Shown: positions 1 to 14,226, numbered from the stretch's first letter. The stretch: 64,000 bases of DNA from Octopus sinensis (GCF_006345805.1 NC_042998.1:13516001-13580000), one strand, 5' to 3'. Notes: a model not told the origin generated them from the letters alone. Numbers and translations are program-made.

Positions 1-438
1 CACATTATGCTATGCATGTTTCCATTGTAAGGCTTTTAATTGTTCATCAACCTATTACATAATATGGATTACAGAGCCATAATACTTTGTAAAACTACAA
101 ATGTCAGCCTGTAGAAACATTTCACACTATTCTTATTCTGTTATCACTATATGAATACTGATAGTAATTTTGTCCGTTTCACGTTTAAGTAAAGATATGC
201 TTTCATGTTCACATTCGAGCAAATTTATCGTAGTTTTGAGAGAGATTCTGTGCACCGCGACTAATTTGTAAACACAAAATATTAACATATATAAGACTGT
301 TGCATGTATCGATAAATGGAGAGATGTGCAAAAATCTAGGCTCCACGAACTCCTTCAGGAAGCTTCGAGACTACTCAGCTGGAATGTGCTACATTTTCGA
401 AATATTTTGCTCCTGTCGATAGGTAATGAAACCAGTCC

Positions 439-674
439 TGTTATATCGCAATACAACACAGTGGCAGTGTGAGCTACGAAATCCTCGACGCCGCTGTTAT
501 ATCGCAATACTACAAAGTGGCTGCGTGAGCATCTCATCCTCGACCCAACTGTTATATCGCACGTTCGGATGCGTCTAATACTCAACTCTGTTCTCTACTC
601 TGTTCTAGTCTTCTCCCTCTATATCTCACGCATCGGGATAGCCTACTTCATCGTCTGGGGGCGTCCACACAACA
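439..674 (+). mobile_element. LTR-like repeat fragment with short tandem subunits
   Basis: TGTTATATCGCA starts at 439, 495 and 550. Segment 550-674 (TG...CA ends) matches the reverse complement of 25258-25466 at both ends (tcgcacgttcggatg ... cttcatcgtctgggggcgtccacacaaca). Confidence 0.5.
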
Positions 675-1173
675 AGTCCCCTGTAGCGCAATCTGCCTTA
701 AAAAGATATTGGATATATTCTATAACACTACAAAGCATCATTGGCATATAAATATACAATTTTCCTCAACAATCTTGTCCTTAACCTCTGTTTAATCCAG
801 CTGCACTTTAAGGAAATCTGTTGTAAATCATGCTCTATATAACTGAAAAGAAAGAAATATGTACGAACACGTAAAATCGTAGGATATAAAAGTTTCGGAA
901 AATGTGAAGCAATAGAGATATTCTCGCATTATTTTCATAACTAAGAATGGATTGCATTACACACAAAAAAAAAAAACGGAAAAAAATACTTAAATTGCTC
1001 TCAGTGGTTTTATATGATGACATTTCAATATATGAAGGAAATGAAACACATAATTAGATTACGAAATAAAAATAGGATGCTATTCATGGATGAACTTGCA
1101 ATTTAGCGATATAACACGAGATACTGTAAAAATTATCGATGTAATTAAAGGATTGACAAAAGTCATATACATA

Positions 1174-1589
1174 GGCGCAGGAGTGGCTGTGTGGTAAGTA
1201 GCTTGTTTACCAACCACATGGTTCCGTGTTCAGTCCCACTGCGTGGCATCTTGGGCAAGTGTCTTCTGCTATAGCCCCGGGCCGACCAATGCCTTGTGAG
1301 TGGATTTGGTAGACGGAAACTGAAAGAAGCCTGTCGTATATATGTATATATATATATGTATGTGTGTGTGCATGTGTTTGCGTGTCTGTGTTTGTTCCCC
1401 TAGCATTACTTGACAACCGATGCTGGTGTGTTTATGTCCCCGTCACTTAGCGGTTCCGCAAAAAGAGACAGCTAGCATGAGTACTGGGCTTACAAAGAAT
1501 AAGTCCCGGGGTCGAGTTGCTCGACTAAAGGCGGTGCTCCTGCATGGCCGCAGTCAAATGACTGAAACAATTAAAAGTGGGTAAAGAGT
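1174..1589 (+). mobile_element. tRNA-derived SINE, family A (internal TA/TG microsatellite)
   Basis: Head has A-box-like TGGCTGTGTGG and B-box-like GGTTCAGTCCC/GTTC. Near-identical copies occur at 44212, 52564 and 63037. Tail is gactgaaacaa(g)taaaagag. Confidence 0.9.
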
Positions 1590-1931
1590 ATCCGATATCA
1601 TTTGTCTAACACTAAATTTCTCTGTAAATATATGTGTTTGGGTGTGTGTGTGTGTGAGAGAGAGATAGAGAGAGAGAGAGAATGTGTGTATGTGTGTTTG
1701 TATGTGTGTTTGTGTGTGTGATTCTGCATTAATTTATATATTTCTAGCTTTAACCGGTTTCACAGTTTACACTGATTTACAAAAGTACAAATAGAATGAC
1801 GTAGCTTATGTCACAGCTCTCTTGTTTCTCGCAAGTGTTTGAAGTTTACCCTGTTTTTAGAGTTCATGGCTCAAAGTATTATATGTTTTGAATAGGATTT
1901 GATTGGTAGATGTGATAGTCATATGACTAGT

Positions 1932-2127
1932 CATCGCCATGATGGATCGTTAGCCACTAAACCCATTTTCTCTTTCCTTGTTTCTCTCCTTGATTTTTCT
2001 GTGTCCCTTTCTCTAGAAGAGAGTAGGCTCGAAACGTAAGATCCTTTTTCTATTCCTGAGCGTTATACTAATACATCTGTTTGTTTTGTAAACCACCTGT
2101 CTTCGTCTTTTGTTTGTAACTCTCCCT
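1932..2127 (+). mobile_element. Short (TA)n-abutting repeat with Penelope-type hammerhead-like motif
   Basis: Near-identical to 10774-10966. Contains agaagagagtaggctcGAAAcgta and ends at a (TA)n tract. Confidence 0.55.
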
Positions 2128-2132
2128 ATATA

Positions 2133-2177
<45 letters not shown>

Positions 2178-2549
2178 ATTTCGGAATGGTCATTTTTGCC
2201 AGACTTCACATAAAAGATGTGATAATTATATGACTTGTCGTATAATTTTTTATAAGTTCGTGACTAAGACTGTGTGTAAGTATCAATTGATATTGTTTGG
2301 CGTCGTAAGTTAAGGCAATTACAGTTGTCTGAAAATGTAGAAACAATTAATGATCTGAATGTTTTCAGTCAAGTGTCTGTCGAGAATGATCACATGATTA
2401 ATTTTATGAAATTTTCTACGTTTTAAAATCGTTTTAAAATTTTCTTTGATGGAATTTGCTCTTAGCCGAAATAGCTGGGTTTCCATTCTCCATTTGTCGA
2501 GTACCATTATTTCTCAAAGTTTTTGTTTTTATTCGGGTTCATTAGCGAT

Positions 2550-2686
2550 CGACTTTGCCTTTCATCCTTTCGGGGTCGATAAATTAAGTACCAGTTACGC
2601 ACTGGGGTCGATGTTATCGACTTAATCCCTTTGTCTGTCCCTGTTTGTCCTCTCTGTGTTTAGCCCCTTGTGGGTAGTAAAGAATA
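2550..2686 (+). mobile_element. 5'-truncated SINE family C with 12-bp TSD
   Basis: Matches the 3' part of 60223-60450. Flanked by TTCATTAGCGAT at 2538-2549 and 2687-2698. Confidence 0.85.
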
Positions 2687-3884
2687 TTCATTAGCGATAG
2701 ATTTTATTTATAATTTCTTTGGGATGATGATCGGCCATTCCACTTTTCACATATTTCCGCGTTGCCTTTATTTTTAATGAAGTTCCAAACGGCAGAGTAG
2801 TTTTACATAACTGGTTGAGGTTTTGGATGTAGTGATTTGATTATAATTAAAACATGTACACTCAACGGTGTCGGCCTTCTATTTTACGCAGAAAATATAT
2901 TGTGAAGTGACGCTAATGCACGGACGCAGCGAGAAACGTACAAAAGTTATAAACTTAATCATACGTTCATTCTCTACAAACACGTGATTTTGAAATTCCA
3001 ATGAAGCTGTCTTGGACACAGATTAGAAACCGGGTCTTTCTCTATCGGCAAGAAATCTTTAAAAACAATGAATAATCACATACATGCATACGTTCTTACA
3101 CACATGGGGACGTACTTGCAAAAATATATAATTTGTGTATATATATATATATATATACATATATGATAAAATTTAAAGTTTAAATTTTAGACAGACAATA
3201 ATTAAAAATGAAGGAAACCTATTGTATATGCTTACACCCTAGAGAAATATTAAAGCTTGCAAGTGATTATTGAATAATAAAATGGACACCTTTTTCAGTG
3301 AATGCTTAGATATCCCGAGCTTTACAAATAGCACTAAAGTTTGTTTATTAAGTATAGTGTTTGCAAAGTATAGTGTAAACGCATTGCTACTCGTTAAGAC
3401 TGTAGAGTTATTATTTTGTTACTACATATACGTAAATATACATATAAATACACACAGGGACTTAGCCGAACATGCACCGATTGAGCGGTCCTCACTGACT
3501 AGTTTGAGTGATACTTGAAGTGGCCGTGGCAAGTTGCCCTTGTGTCAGCATGTGTGCATACTCTACGCGCTCTTCCTGCAGCATCAAGTGGATTTTAAGT
3601 CTTATCTCTAGCAATGTAGACGGCTCGGCATCTTAGGTCTCACTTAGTGACAAGTATGTATATATATATATATATATATATATGTAAAAAAAATACAAAC
3701 TGGGACAAGAACGCAAAACATTTAGAAGACGATACAAAAAACACGGACGGGAGACTCGAAGCCTTCAATCTTCAGTCAAGAACCGGCTCATCCTCGCAAT
3801 TTCGGCTGATTAATATATATACACGCAATAAGTTTATGTATGTATATATATATGTGAATATATATATGCATGTATGTAAATTTG

Positions 3885-3919
<35 letters not shown>

Positions 3920-3966
3920 ATTATATATCTATACATGTATGCATATATTATATATATGCATGCACG

Positions 3967-3997
<31 letters not shown>

Positions 3998-4639
3998 GAT
4001 TTTGACCTTACGAGAATGCATGTGAGTTTCTAGTTCAGTGTGTGTACTCGTATAGATATGGCTGTGTATTTGTGTGATGTTGTAGTTTTCTGTATCCAAG
4101 GAAATGGTATTCGAGTATTCTAATGGTAATGTAATTCCTTGGTGTTTTATATTACTTGCTCATGTTTTGTAGCTGATATTATCTATTTGCCAAAACGATG
4201 TTGTGACTTTTATATTGATTATACTTGATAAGTGCGGAAATTCGTTGAATATATATGTGACTACACTTGCTAAATTCACTTCACGGGATTTCACTTTATT
4301 ATTCATGAAACAGTGAAAGAAAATATCGTTTGTACTGTAGAAACACACACAAACACACGCACAGACATAAATATGTATAAAAATTACGTCTATATGTATA
4401 TAATTACATTTGTCAGTTGGTGTATTCGTGTGCGTATTTATACATTTTTCTTGAATTTAGATACCCACCTACATCATCTATATGAATATATTCAGTATAA
4501 TTCACACTATATTATATTAACACCAAACATTCTATTGGAAATATGTATTTATTCGTATATATTCGTACACATGTAGAGAGACATTGAAATACTAATAAAT
4601 AGCATTTCTAATATACGTGTGCATAAACGGATAAATACA

Positions 4640-4728
4640 TTCATATATTAACATATATGTATGTCTGTATGTATACATACACATGTATGTATGTATATGT
4701 ATATACATGAAGATACACACACATATCC

Positions 4729-4781
<53 letters not shown>

Positions 4782-4900
4782 TGTATATGTGTGTCTGTAT
4801 CCATTCTTCTATGCATCCATGTATATCTATCTACTCACTTTTTATATCATATGTATGTATGCATACATACACACACCCACATCCATATGTATGTACGCAC

Positions 4901-4974
<74 letters not shown>

Positions 4975-5022
4975 GTAACTACATATATGCATACATATAT
5001 ACGTGTATGTGTGTATACATAT

Positions 5023-5085
<63 letters not shown>

Positions 5086-5110
5086 ATATGTATACACACA
5101 CACACACACA

Positions 5111-5182
<72 letters not shown>

Positions 5183-5185
5183 TGA
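4640..5185. repeat. Compound (TA)n/(CA)n microsatellite
   Basis: Visible dinucleotide runs; source of the YIYI pseudo-ORFs. Confidence 0.95.
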
Positions 5186-7304
5186 AGAAATAAACTCTTG
5201 AGAAGTTTGTTATATAATTATTGCTCTGACCGAATAAATTTCATTTAGTGCCGTATGCATTATCGCTTGAAATGTATCATAAAACGAGGTTTCTTTTCCT
5301 CTGAATAATATTCATTTCCATTCCACTTTATGTGTATTCAACTGATGATATGAGTTCTAGACTAATCCTTTCATACTATAAATCTGAAGTATCTTCTTGC
5401 CACATTACACATGCTAATGTATTGGTACTACTGTGCAGCTAATACAAATGTTGGAATTATCCGGAATAACATGATGTATGTAATTTTGTTGGAGTTTGAT
5501 AATTTTCCGTCTTATATTTTCAGAAAAGTTTCACTATCAAGTTTCGAATCGAAATTTGAATCGTGGAACTTTCTTCATACAAGATTGGTTAAGGTTTTCC
5601 ATGTATCAATCAAACATTAGCAACAACATATTTTGTCTCGCTGTATCAGATTTTGGTAAATAATTCACTTTTGCCTGGAGATGCTAAAATGCTTATAGAT
5701 ATTGCATATATGTCATGCTTGTCCTTATTTGACTCTACTAGACTTCTTGTCGATTGAAAATAGCTTTAAAAAGTAGGTGGTCAGTATGTTCATTCTTCAT
5801 TATCAATTGGATATGACCGAAACGTTTTCAAAATATGCCAAGCCTTCTTTCAAATACGCATTTCGACAATCAATAACTAATTTGCCTTTGAATTAATTAC
5901 AACGAAAAATCCTTTCTATTTAATGATTAAATGTCGAATTATATCGATTAAGTACCATGAACCATGAATATTAATTTATTTATTTCAATTTCCTGAGTGT
6001 TTTCCAAAATAGGACGATAGCGTTTGTTTAGATAATAAGAATTTTGCCTTCCCACACTCGTTTCAGTAGAGAATCAAATATATTTCTCAAGTTGTGGTAA
6101 ACGGAAAAATTATCACTTACGCCAAATAGGTTGTTGTATAATATTTGATGTTATGTGATATATCACAAAAGACATCTTCAATGTGTGTTACATGCCAGTG
6201 ATGCTCTCATAATACTAGGTATTACGTTAAGCTTATACGTGCAAATGGTCTGTTTTTCATATTTGTAAGACATCCTGTGTCATAAAATAAAGGGACTGAT
6301 TTAGGGTGTCTAAGATGTTTCTAAAAGTAGTGTGTCCTGTTTCATAGGAACATGGGAAATGTGGATTGCAAGGTGTTAGGCAAGTTGGTTTGAGGAATCT
6401 AATTGGAAAATACGATCACTTATTTGCTTCACTCTAAAAGTAATGAGCTATTTTCCTAACGTATTGTATCGATTATTTTCGACTCCAATTATTTCAGTGA
6501 ACATATAAAATCGATTGACAATACATCTCTGCAATATTGTTACACACTTGTGTCAAATGTGGAAGATATATCCTGTAAATATGAGATATTTTTCGGTATG
6601 TAATAATCAACATATATGAAAATTTTAATTAGTGGAGGTACGTGGCTTAATGATTAGATTCTTGGTGGTTAGGTTGTGGTTTCGGTTCTGGAGTGAGCGA
6701 CGAGTTGTTTTCTTCAGCAAACCTCTTCATCTAACGTTGTTCCAGTCTACTGGGCTGACAAAAATTAGTAATCGTATGATGGACCGACATTTAGCCATGA
6801 AACCGGCAGTTATGCGTCGGTGTGCTTCGAGAGGATAACTTTATCTTTACCCTTAACAATTTTATTTCGTATTCATCCTTCGCTGCAATTTGAACCGTTT
6901 TTGTTATATCTTATTATCTTAAAATAATGGTAATATTTTAAAGAGAAATATATAGGCGCCATCGACTATTCCAGCGAGGTCAACTTTGCCTTCCATTATT
7001 CCGGCGTCGATAAAATAAATGCCACCTGAGTACTAGAGTAATAGGCTTATCCCCGAAATTCCTGGCCTTGTGACAAAATTTGAAATGAAGAGAACAACTC
7101 GCTTACGTTACAATTTATCCTTATATAATTAACTTCCATCACTGGTGATAGCAGGTAATATAGAGATAGAGGGTGAATTTATAACTGGATTTTGGATTTA
7201 TCGACTTACTTTCACCTTTCAAGCGCTTTGATAATAAATTTTCTTACTATGTTATCAGTTTTCATATCTAACTAGCCTATGGATATATCTAGATTCTTCT
7301 AAAC

Positions 7305-7612
7305 GATTATGTTTGTTCCTTCGCGAGCCACGCCTGGCTCATAAGGGCCGGTTTCACGGTGTCCTTGGTGTATAGAATCCCCACCTGGACGGGACTCCGG
7401 TCCGTCGCAGGTATGCTGCAAGATGCAGGAGGAAAGAGTGAGAGAAAGTTGTAGTGAAAGTGTCAGCAGAAGTTCGTCATTATCTTCTACCGGAGCCGCG
7501 TGGAACTTAGGTGTTTCGCTCATAAACATACACATCGCCCGGTCTGAGATTCGAACCCGCGTTCCCTCGACAGCGAGTCCGCTTCTATAACCACTAGGCC
7601 ATGTGCCTCCAC
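7305..7612 (-). mobile_element. tRNA-derived SINE, family B
   Basis: Minus strand begins ggaggcacaTGGCCTAGTGG...gGGTTCGAATCtc (A/B boxes). The 3' part reads gcgacggaccggagtcccgtccagg...gaaaccggcccttatgagcc...ggctcg. A degenerate relative lies at about 6633-6770 (+). Confidence 0.8.
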
Positions 7613-9726
7613 CTAAACGACTATACTATGCTGCTATGAAAAATAATGTTTTCGTCTGAAAACTACTAAAATTTATTTTGAGCGTAATATCAACTATAAT
7701 TACCTGGCAATTATCAAAGACCTAGGGAAAGACAGTCGTTTCACTTAAGTATTTATTGTCAGTAATTTACCGAAAGAATTTACTCTTTCTACAAATAGAT
7801 TTTCAGTGAACATCAATAACAGTATATGCAATACATTCTGTATGTCTTCATTAGAAATATGTACGAATGTATTGGTCTATATGTTGGGGAATTGCGGACA
7901 TTAATATTTAGTTATTCTTAGAAAAATCCCTTTCTGTTGTATTATTTTTAATTATTTGAGTGTTTAAGGAAAAGGGAATTTCGAATTATATCTAGAAGTA
8001 AACTGGGTTGGTGATATTTGTGATAGATCATTAGAAAGTTTATATATAATTTCAATTACAATATTAGAATGATAATTTGCATGAATAAACGGTTGAAGTA
8101 TTTTTGTCTCCTTCACTTTATATATATGAATATAAAATTCGTAATTCAACGGGGATATGAGAAAAACGATTGAGTGCATTCACCTTGAATTCATTTATCA
8201 AATTGTGTCAATGTCCATCTTCAACATGATTATTTATATATAAAACAAGAAATAATTTCTTACTTCAAATCTCTAGACTGTAATGAAATGAGTTCTTAAT
8301 TGTTAATCTAAAACGTTTAAAAAGTAGATTTCTCACAGAATCAAGCATATTTCCTTCGCTAATTGTACACATAAATAATTATGATTGCATTGAGACGATA
8401 TACTTGGCAACTGTATATAAGAAGTCATTATAGGATTAAGTGAGCGATTAGCAGAGTCTATAACATATTGTAATTATATGACAATACACACTCCTACAAG
8501 CCAAAGAAATTAAATAACACTTTATAAGTTCATTAAACTCTATTAAGTGATGTGCGAAGATGTATGAAGGTAATTATTTTTAAACCTAATTTTCAGGAGG
8601 AATCCGCAAGATTCCTTGATGGATAACAAAATCCAAATTTAGGCGAATGACGAGGTATATATTGTTTGCAATCAAATTCAATTAAATTTTCTTCCAACGT
8701 TAGTTTTCCCTAATCGATTTCTACTATCAACATCAGTTTGTCACAATATGACAGTAAACTAACTCTTACAATTGAACTTCTTATGGGAATAAAAGCCTGT
8801 AATTACTTTGAGACATGTGATGATGCCATTAAAGACTCAGATCAAGGATAATGATCCCAGTTAATTTAATACCAACAATGCATGAAGCATTGCTGTTAGT
8901 TAATGCTATAATCATTTCATGTAGAATTATATTGATGCTAGCCCTGAAATATTGCCTCATAGCCACTAAAAATTGAATGCAGCTAGGGCTGTAATTTAAA
9001 CCGAATGTTCGGTGAAGTGAAGCCTAGATTTAAATCTGTTTTTATTGCACATTACACCACATGCATACACACGCAAATACACATATGCGCACACACATAC
9101 ACAAAAATGCACACACAAGCACACGCATATACAGAGATAGGGCGGAATTCCTTCAGGTTCTGCCTTCGAAATTCACTCATAAATTATTAATCGGCCCGAG
9201 GTTATGGTAGACGTGTCCAAGCTGTCAAGCAGTGGGGCTAAACCAGAAACTATGTGGTCGGTAAGTAATTTTCATATCACACCCCCTCGGCTTTGCATGC
9301 ATACATACATACATGCATACATATATATATATATTTTATCGCAATTTGACTTGTTTATATATATATATATATATATATATTTATTTAGACAAAAATATAT
9401 CTAATAGTCGATGTGCCTCTCTCTTTCTTTTCCCATCTTTCTAGCAATGTATCTCTTTATATACATATGGGTGTGAGTGTCATTGTTACTGAGTACGTCA
9501 CCCCCACTGTTTGACAACTAGTGTTATGTTGAGCGCATTCCCATAACATAGAGATCCTTTAAACTAAAATTCGATAAAGTAAGTACGAGGCTCAAAAAGA
9601 AATAACAACTAGGGGCTATTACTTAGACTATTATTCTTCGTGACAGAACTTCAGCATGGCTGCAGTCTAATGACTGAAACAAGAAAATACATATGAATAA
9701 AGATGCAAGATATATTTGTAAGATGT

Positions 9727-9764
<38 letters not shown>

Positions 9765-9782
9765 GTATTATATATATATATA

Positions 9783-9880
<98 letters not shown>

Positions 9881-9899
9881 ATATAAGTGGATCCTCAAG

Positions 9900-10270
9900 A
9901 GATGCACGATGTGGTAAGAGCCCAAACTCTAGAGAGTGGTGAGTCGGAGACTAGAAAAACCCTCTGGGCTTTCCCAATCCAAACAGAGTAAGTGTTAGAG
10001 AATAATAGACTGGAATTTGTTGTGGTCAACAACATGCATATCATATGGTATATAATTTCTGTTGTCTGCCCCATTTACCCACGAATAATCGAGAAGGAAG
10101 GTGAAAATATAGATAAATACAACACTCTTAAGTACGAAATGGCCAGGCTATGGAAATTGAAGAAGGTGAAATTATTGCTGTGTGGAAAGAGTATCAGAAG
10201 GCATCAAGTGGAATATAAATTGGAATACAATGCTCAGTAGAACTCTTACGAATGTATTAGATAGCTGAAA
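9900..10270 (+). pseudogene. Dong/R4-like non-LTR retrotransposon remnant (restriction-like endonuclease region)
   Basis: ORF 9992-10240 reads NRLEFVVV...SVVCPIYPRIIEKEGENIDKYNTLKYEMARLWKLKKV. This fits the PD..D / KExEKxxKYxxLxxExxRLW pattern of RLE-type elements. Confidence 0.7.
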
Positions 10271-10740
10271 AGAGTGGATAGTATGGTACCGTATGCTTCA
10301 GATAGCAAACTCGCAAAGCATGTAAGATTCCAGATGCTCCAACAAAACCTGTGAGAAAGAGAAGTAATAATGGATGTATGTAATATTTAAATATTTCAAT
10401 GCATCGCTACGCTCGTTTCCACAACTCACGTTTCGTATGACCATCGTTTGTATTCCTAGCATGATAACAGCATAGTTAGTTGTATTCTTAGACATCAAAT
10501 GGGTCGCAATTCATGTGTTCATGTAATATACTTGAGGAAATGAGTTGATAGTTTCTCAATCAAAATTTCAGTTCGTCGGCGAAGATTCGAGGCATCTCTA
10601 AGGTGAAACAATACACTCAGCTAAAAATTCATTGCTTCTTTTAGCTGAAACAGCTATATGCCAATAACGCACAATACATAATTTCTGCCCCTTGCAATTG
10701 ACTTACTCTCTTAAACACACACACACAAACACAAACACAA

Positions 10741-10773
<33 letters not shown>

Positions 10774-10966
10774 GTCGCCATGATAGATCGTTAACCACTA
10801 CACACATTTTTTCTCTCCTTGTTTTTTCTGTGTCCCTTTCTGTAGAAGAGCGTAGGCTCGAAACGTAAAAGACTTTTTCTATTCCTGAGCGTTAAACTAA
10901 TACATCTGTTTGTTTTGTACACCACCTGTCTTCGTCTTTTGTTTTTTTTTTTCGTGAACTCTCCCT
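10774..10966 (+). mobile_element. Short (TA)n-abutting repeat with hammerhead-like motif
   Basis: Reads cttt-CTGTAGA-A-GAGC gtag GCTC-GAAA-CG-TA-aaag at about 10836-10871. Flanked by TA microsatellite on both sides; paralog of 1932-2127. Confidence 0.6.
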
Positions 10967-12233
10967 ATAAAATATATATATGTATATATATATATATATA
11001 TATATAATACTTTAGCCCTTATCTCTTGCAACGTAGGTTATTGTAACACACCAGTCATATTTTTGACAATCGTAATTTTCCTTTTGCATCAGATATAGCA
11101 CACTGCTGTTTAGATTATATATATATATATAATATAATATAATATAGTTCTTCGATCACAAATATATAGGTTAGTTAACTACTATATAAAAGGATATAAC
11201 CGTTTAAAGAAAACTAAGACGAGAATTAATTGAAGGGTAGGTAAGATTAAAGAGATTTCTATAAAGTATCAGACACTATTTCTGGAATTCCAATCAATAC
11301 TACTTTCTTTGAAATCGGAAACATTTAGTTTAAGAGGAATATATGAAGTATCCAATATTTTTCTTTATATTATCTTCTGGGATAATTATTAATCTAAGTA
11401 GAAAAGTAAATTTTGAAATAAAGGACACGACTTGAAAATAAAATTCCGTTTTAAGGAAACAATTAACAATTTCTTTCATCTCTACACTGCTATATTTTCA
11501 ATTAATCTGTCAACATGTTTGTTAATATATGTCAACTTTAGAGGCATTTCCTTTGTCGTTTCTTTCGGGGTTGAAATGCCGCGCGGGGTCGACGTTACCT
11601 TTCATCATTTCGGGGTCGATAAAATAAGTAACCATTGAGTATAGAGGCTGATTTAATTGACTTAGCCCCACAAAAAAAAAAAAAAATAATAACTGGCCTA
11701 TTGCCAAAACTTTGAAACTAATATTATGTCAAACTTCTGTCTTTTAATGATTTTAGAGGTCTTGGACGAAATACATATGAAAACAATTCTATTAAGAGGT
11801 AATAAATCAATGTATGGCAAAATATTTGAAGTTGAGAATTTGTGGACATTGATTCAAAAGGAACAAACATCAATTATACGACAAGGTTTCTATGAAATTT
11901 TGAATTCTTTTCTATTTCCCCTGTGGATATATATTGCAGCGAGGTATTATATTTTAATAATTTCATACAGGCGCATATCAGTAGAGCAGGAGGCACAAAA
12001 GCAAAACTGGTGACGGTAATAAATGAATTTATAAAGGATCTGGAGAAATTTGAAATTGATAACTCGAACGTTGTACCAAAGTGTAAAATCAATATATGGT
12101 GGACTGAAGGTTTTGAAAATTAAAATCGTCCACGATGACCTAGAATGGGATTGAATCTTCATCCTTGTCGTTGCAAAATAACATTCATAATCGACAGTGT
12201 ATACAACTCCGTATTCTAGCTATAATTTATATA

Positions 12234-12805
12234 CAGGGTGGCCCAAAAGTAAGTTGACAGCTATCACGTAGGCACTTTCAATTTCTTTTAAAATATTTTG
12301 CTAGATTTACATTTCTATCTTACATTCATAGTTTATGCACAGCTTAAAAAGACAATATTTAATCTCTCCGATGCTCAAAATGTTCCTCTTCAACATTGCA
12401 ACATTATTCCAACCTCTTCAGAACACTCTGAATCACAAGGCGGCAGGAATTCCGATCTCCATCAATTTCAGTGAATGCCTCAGAAATGTAATCGTTTAAT
12501 TCATTTACCCTTCAGGGATTTTTCTCATAAACCTTGTTCCTTACAACAGCCTGCAAAGACAAATCCATTGGTGTCAGGTCAGGTGAACGCGGTGGCCATC
12601 CGATGCTGCCCCGTCTTCCAAACCAACACTGTGGAACGATTTGGCTAAAGTAGTCTCTTACTGTCAACGCATAATATGGAGATGCTCCATATTGCTGAAT
12701 AGTGGTTTCCTATTTGTTTTTAAATAATTAACATCTAATCTGTTGATATATATATATGGGAAAGAGATAGTTGAATTACTGTAAACCTACTTTTGGTCCA
12801 CCCTA
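12234..12805 (-). mobile_element. Internally deleted Tc1/mariner-superfamily DNA transposon
   Basis: TIRs CAGGGTGGCCCAAAAGTA(A)G and CTACTTTTGGTCCACCCT, flanked by TA. The minus strand near 12565-12600 encodes WPPRSPDLTPMD, the motif before the last catalytic residue. Confidence 0.85.
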
Positions 12806-13314
12806 TATCAATAATACATCACTTTCACTGAAAGACAAAAACTATAATATACACTCCATTTAAATTGATGCAAAGAGGCACAAACAGCCAAAGAGGCACA
12901 TTCATATAATGCAAATGTGGGATAGTTGTGATAGTATGTTCCACGCGACATCCGATAAAACAAGACAATCAGTGTCAGAATTGTAGCTAAGCAAATCACA
13001 AAAAAACATACAATGTTAAATTAAATTCTACTATCACAATAGTCGAGTAATGCACATTGAAAACTTTGCATATGCAGATGAATTCCAAACACATAACCAC
13101 ACACACACATACACACACGCACGTACGCACGCACATGCACGCACGCACACACACGAATAAGCAATCTCATAATGCAAGCAAACTAATTGAAGGGACATGA
13201 TGGGCTTACCTTTATTAATCACATGTGAAGGCTTCGTAAATTAGTACCAATCATATATATGTATCAATATCTTAAGTTACAAAAGGAAAAATATATATAA
13301 AATCATATACTATT

Positions 13315-13530
13315 GGTGTCAAGTTTGGCACAAGGTCAGTAGAATTGGGGAAATGGTAAATCGATGACAGTAACCCCCCATGCTCAGCTGCTATATATTT
13401 TATTGCTCCCGAACGATGAAAGACAAAGTCGATTCGGGTGGAATCTGAACTCTGACCGAAAAGACGGGGGAAATGTCTCTAAGCAATTTTACCGGCGTCC
13501 CAATGATTCTGGCAGCTTGCCGCCTTATGG
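13315..13530 (-). mobile_element. SINE family C (degenerate)
   Basis: gatgaaagacaaagtcga...ctggcagcttgccgcctt is the reverse complement of the family C head and core. Other degenerate copies lie near 6975, 11585, 29900, 30680 and 31560. Confidence 0.7.
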
Positions 13531-13607
13531 AAATAATATAATGTTAAAGGAAATTTTCCTTCAAACGCATATAAGTACATACAAACACACATACACACAC
13601 AGGCACA

Positions 13608-13670
<63 letters not shown>

Positions 13671-13762
13671 GTATAAGGGTGGAAAGGAACACACGAGTTG
13701 ATAATGATATGTATAAGGGTGGAAAGGAACACACGAGTTGATAATGATATGTTGATAATGAT

Positions 13763-13865
13763 ATTTAATCGTTACAGTTGAAAAGGTCTCAAAATGACCG
13801 AAACCGGTACTGAAAGATTCACTATAAAATCATCTTAGCATTTTCTATTTTTGACTTGTTTTATC

Positions 13866-13866
<1 letters not shown>
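13763..13866 (+). mobile_element. (TA)n-abutting repeat with hammerhead-like motif (second copy 15211-15313)
   Basis: Reads cag-TTGAAAA-GGTC tcaaaat GACC-GAAA-CCGG-TA-ctg. About 100 bp is duplicated 1.45 kb away, and both copies end at (TA)n. Confidence 0.55.
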
Positions 13867-13918
<52 letters not shown>

Positions 13919-14132
13919 GGGGAGAGTGAGAGGAATACGAAAAAGGAAACCTTTCGCTGCAGCGCACCTAACTAATGCTCTATATGGTCAAAATATAACA
14001 AATCAAATTGGTGAACAGATTTTCGTAGGTCAAATTCCTTTATATTGGAAATACAAAATATATTTCTTTAAAAAAATCATCGAAATATTAGGATTGAAGC
14101 GCTCCAATATTACAATCCATAGAAAAGTAGTA

Positions 14133-14226
14133 GTACAAAATCTTACGATCGTTTCGGAGAAAGCGTTTGTATTGGGCGAATTTTCCAACCAATACAAATA
14201 GTCGCATTTCCGTCATCAGATGTACA
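14133..14226 (-). ncRNA. Type I hammerhead ribozyme-like motif (Penelope type)
   Basis: Minus strand reads gtacat-CTGATGA-C-GGAAA..tttgtattgg/ccaatacaaa..TTTCTCC-GAAA-CGATCG-TA-agattttgtac. Core is intact, helix III is palindromic, cleavage triplet is GUA. Confidence 0.65.

Noticed and set aside
439-560. Repeat-spacer pattern resembling a CRISPR array
   Set aside because: Eukaryotic context, only three short repeats, spacers related to each other, and no cas genes.
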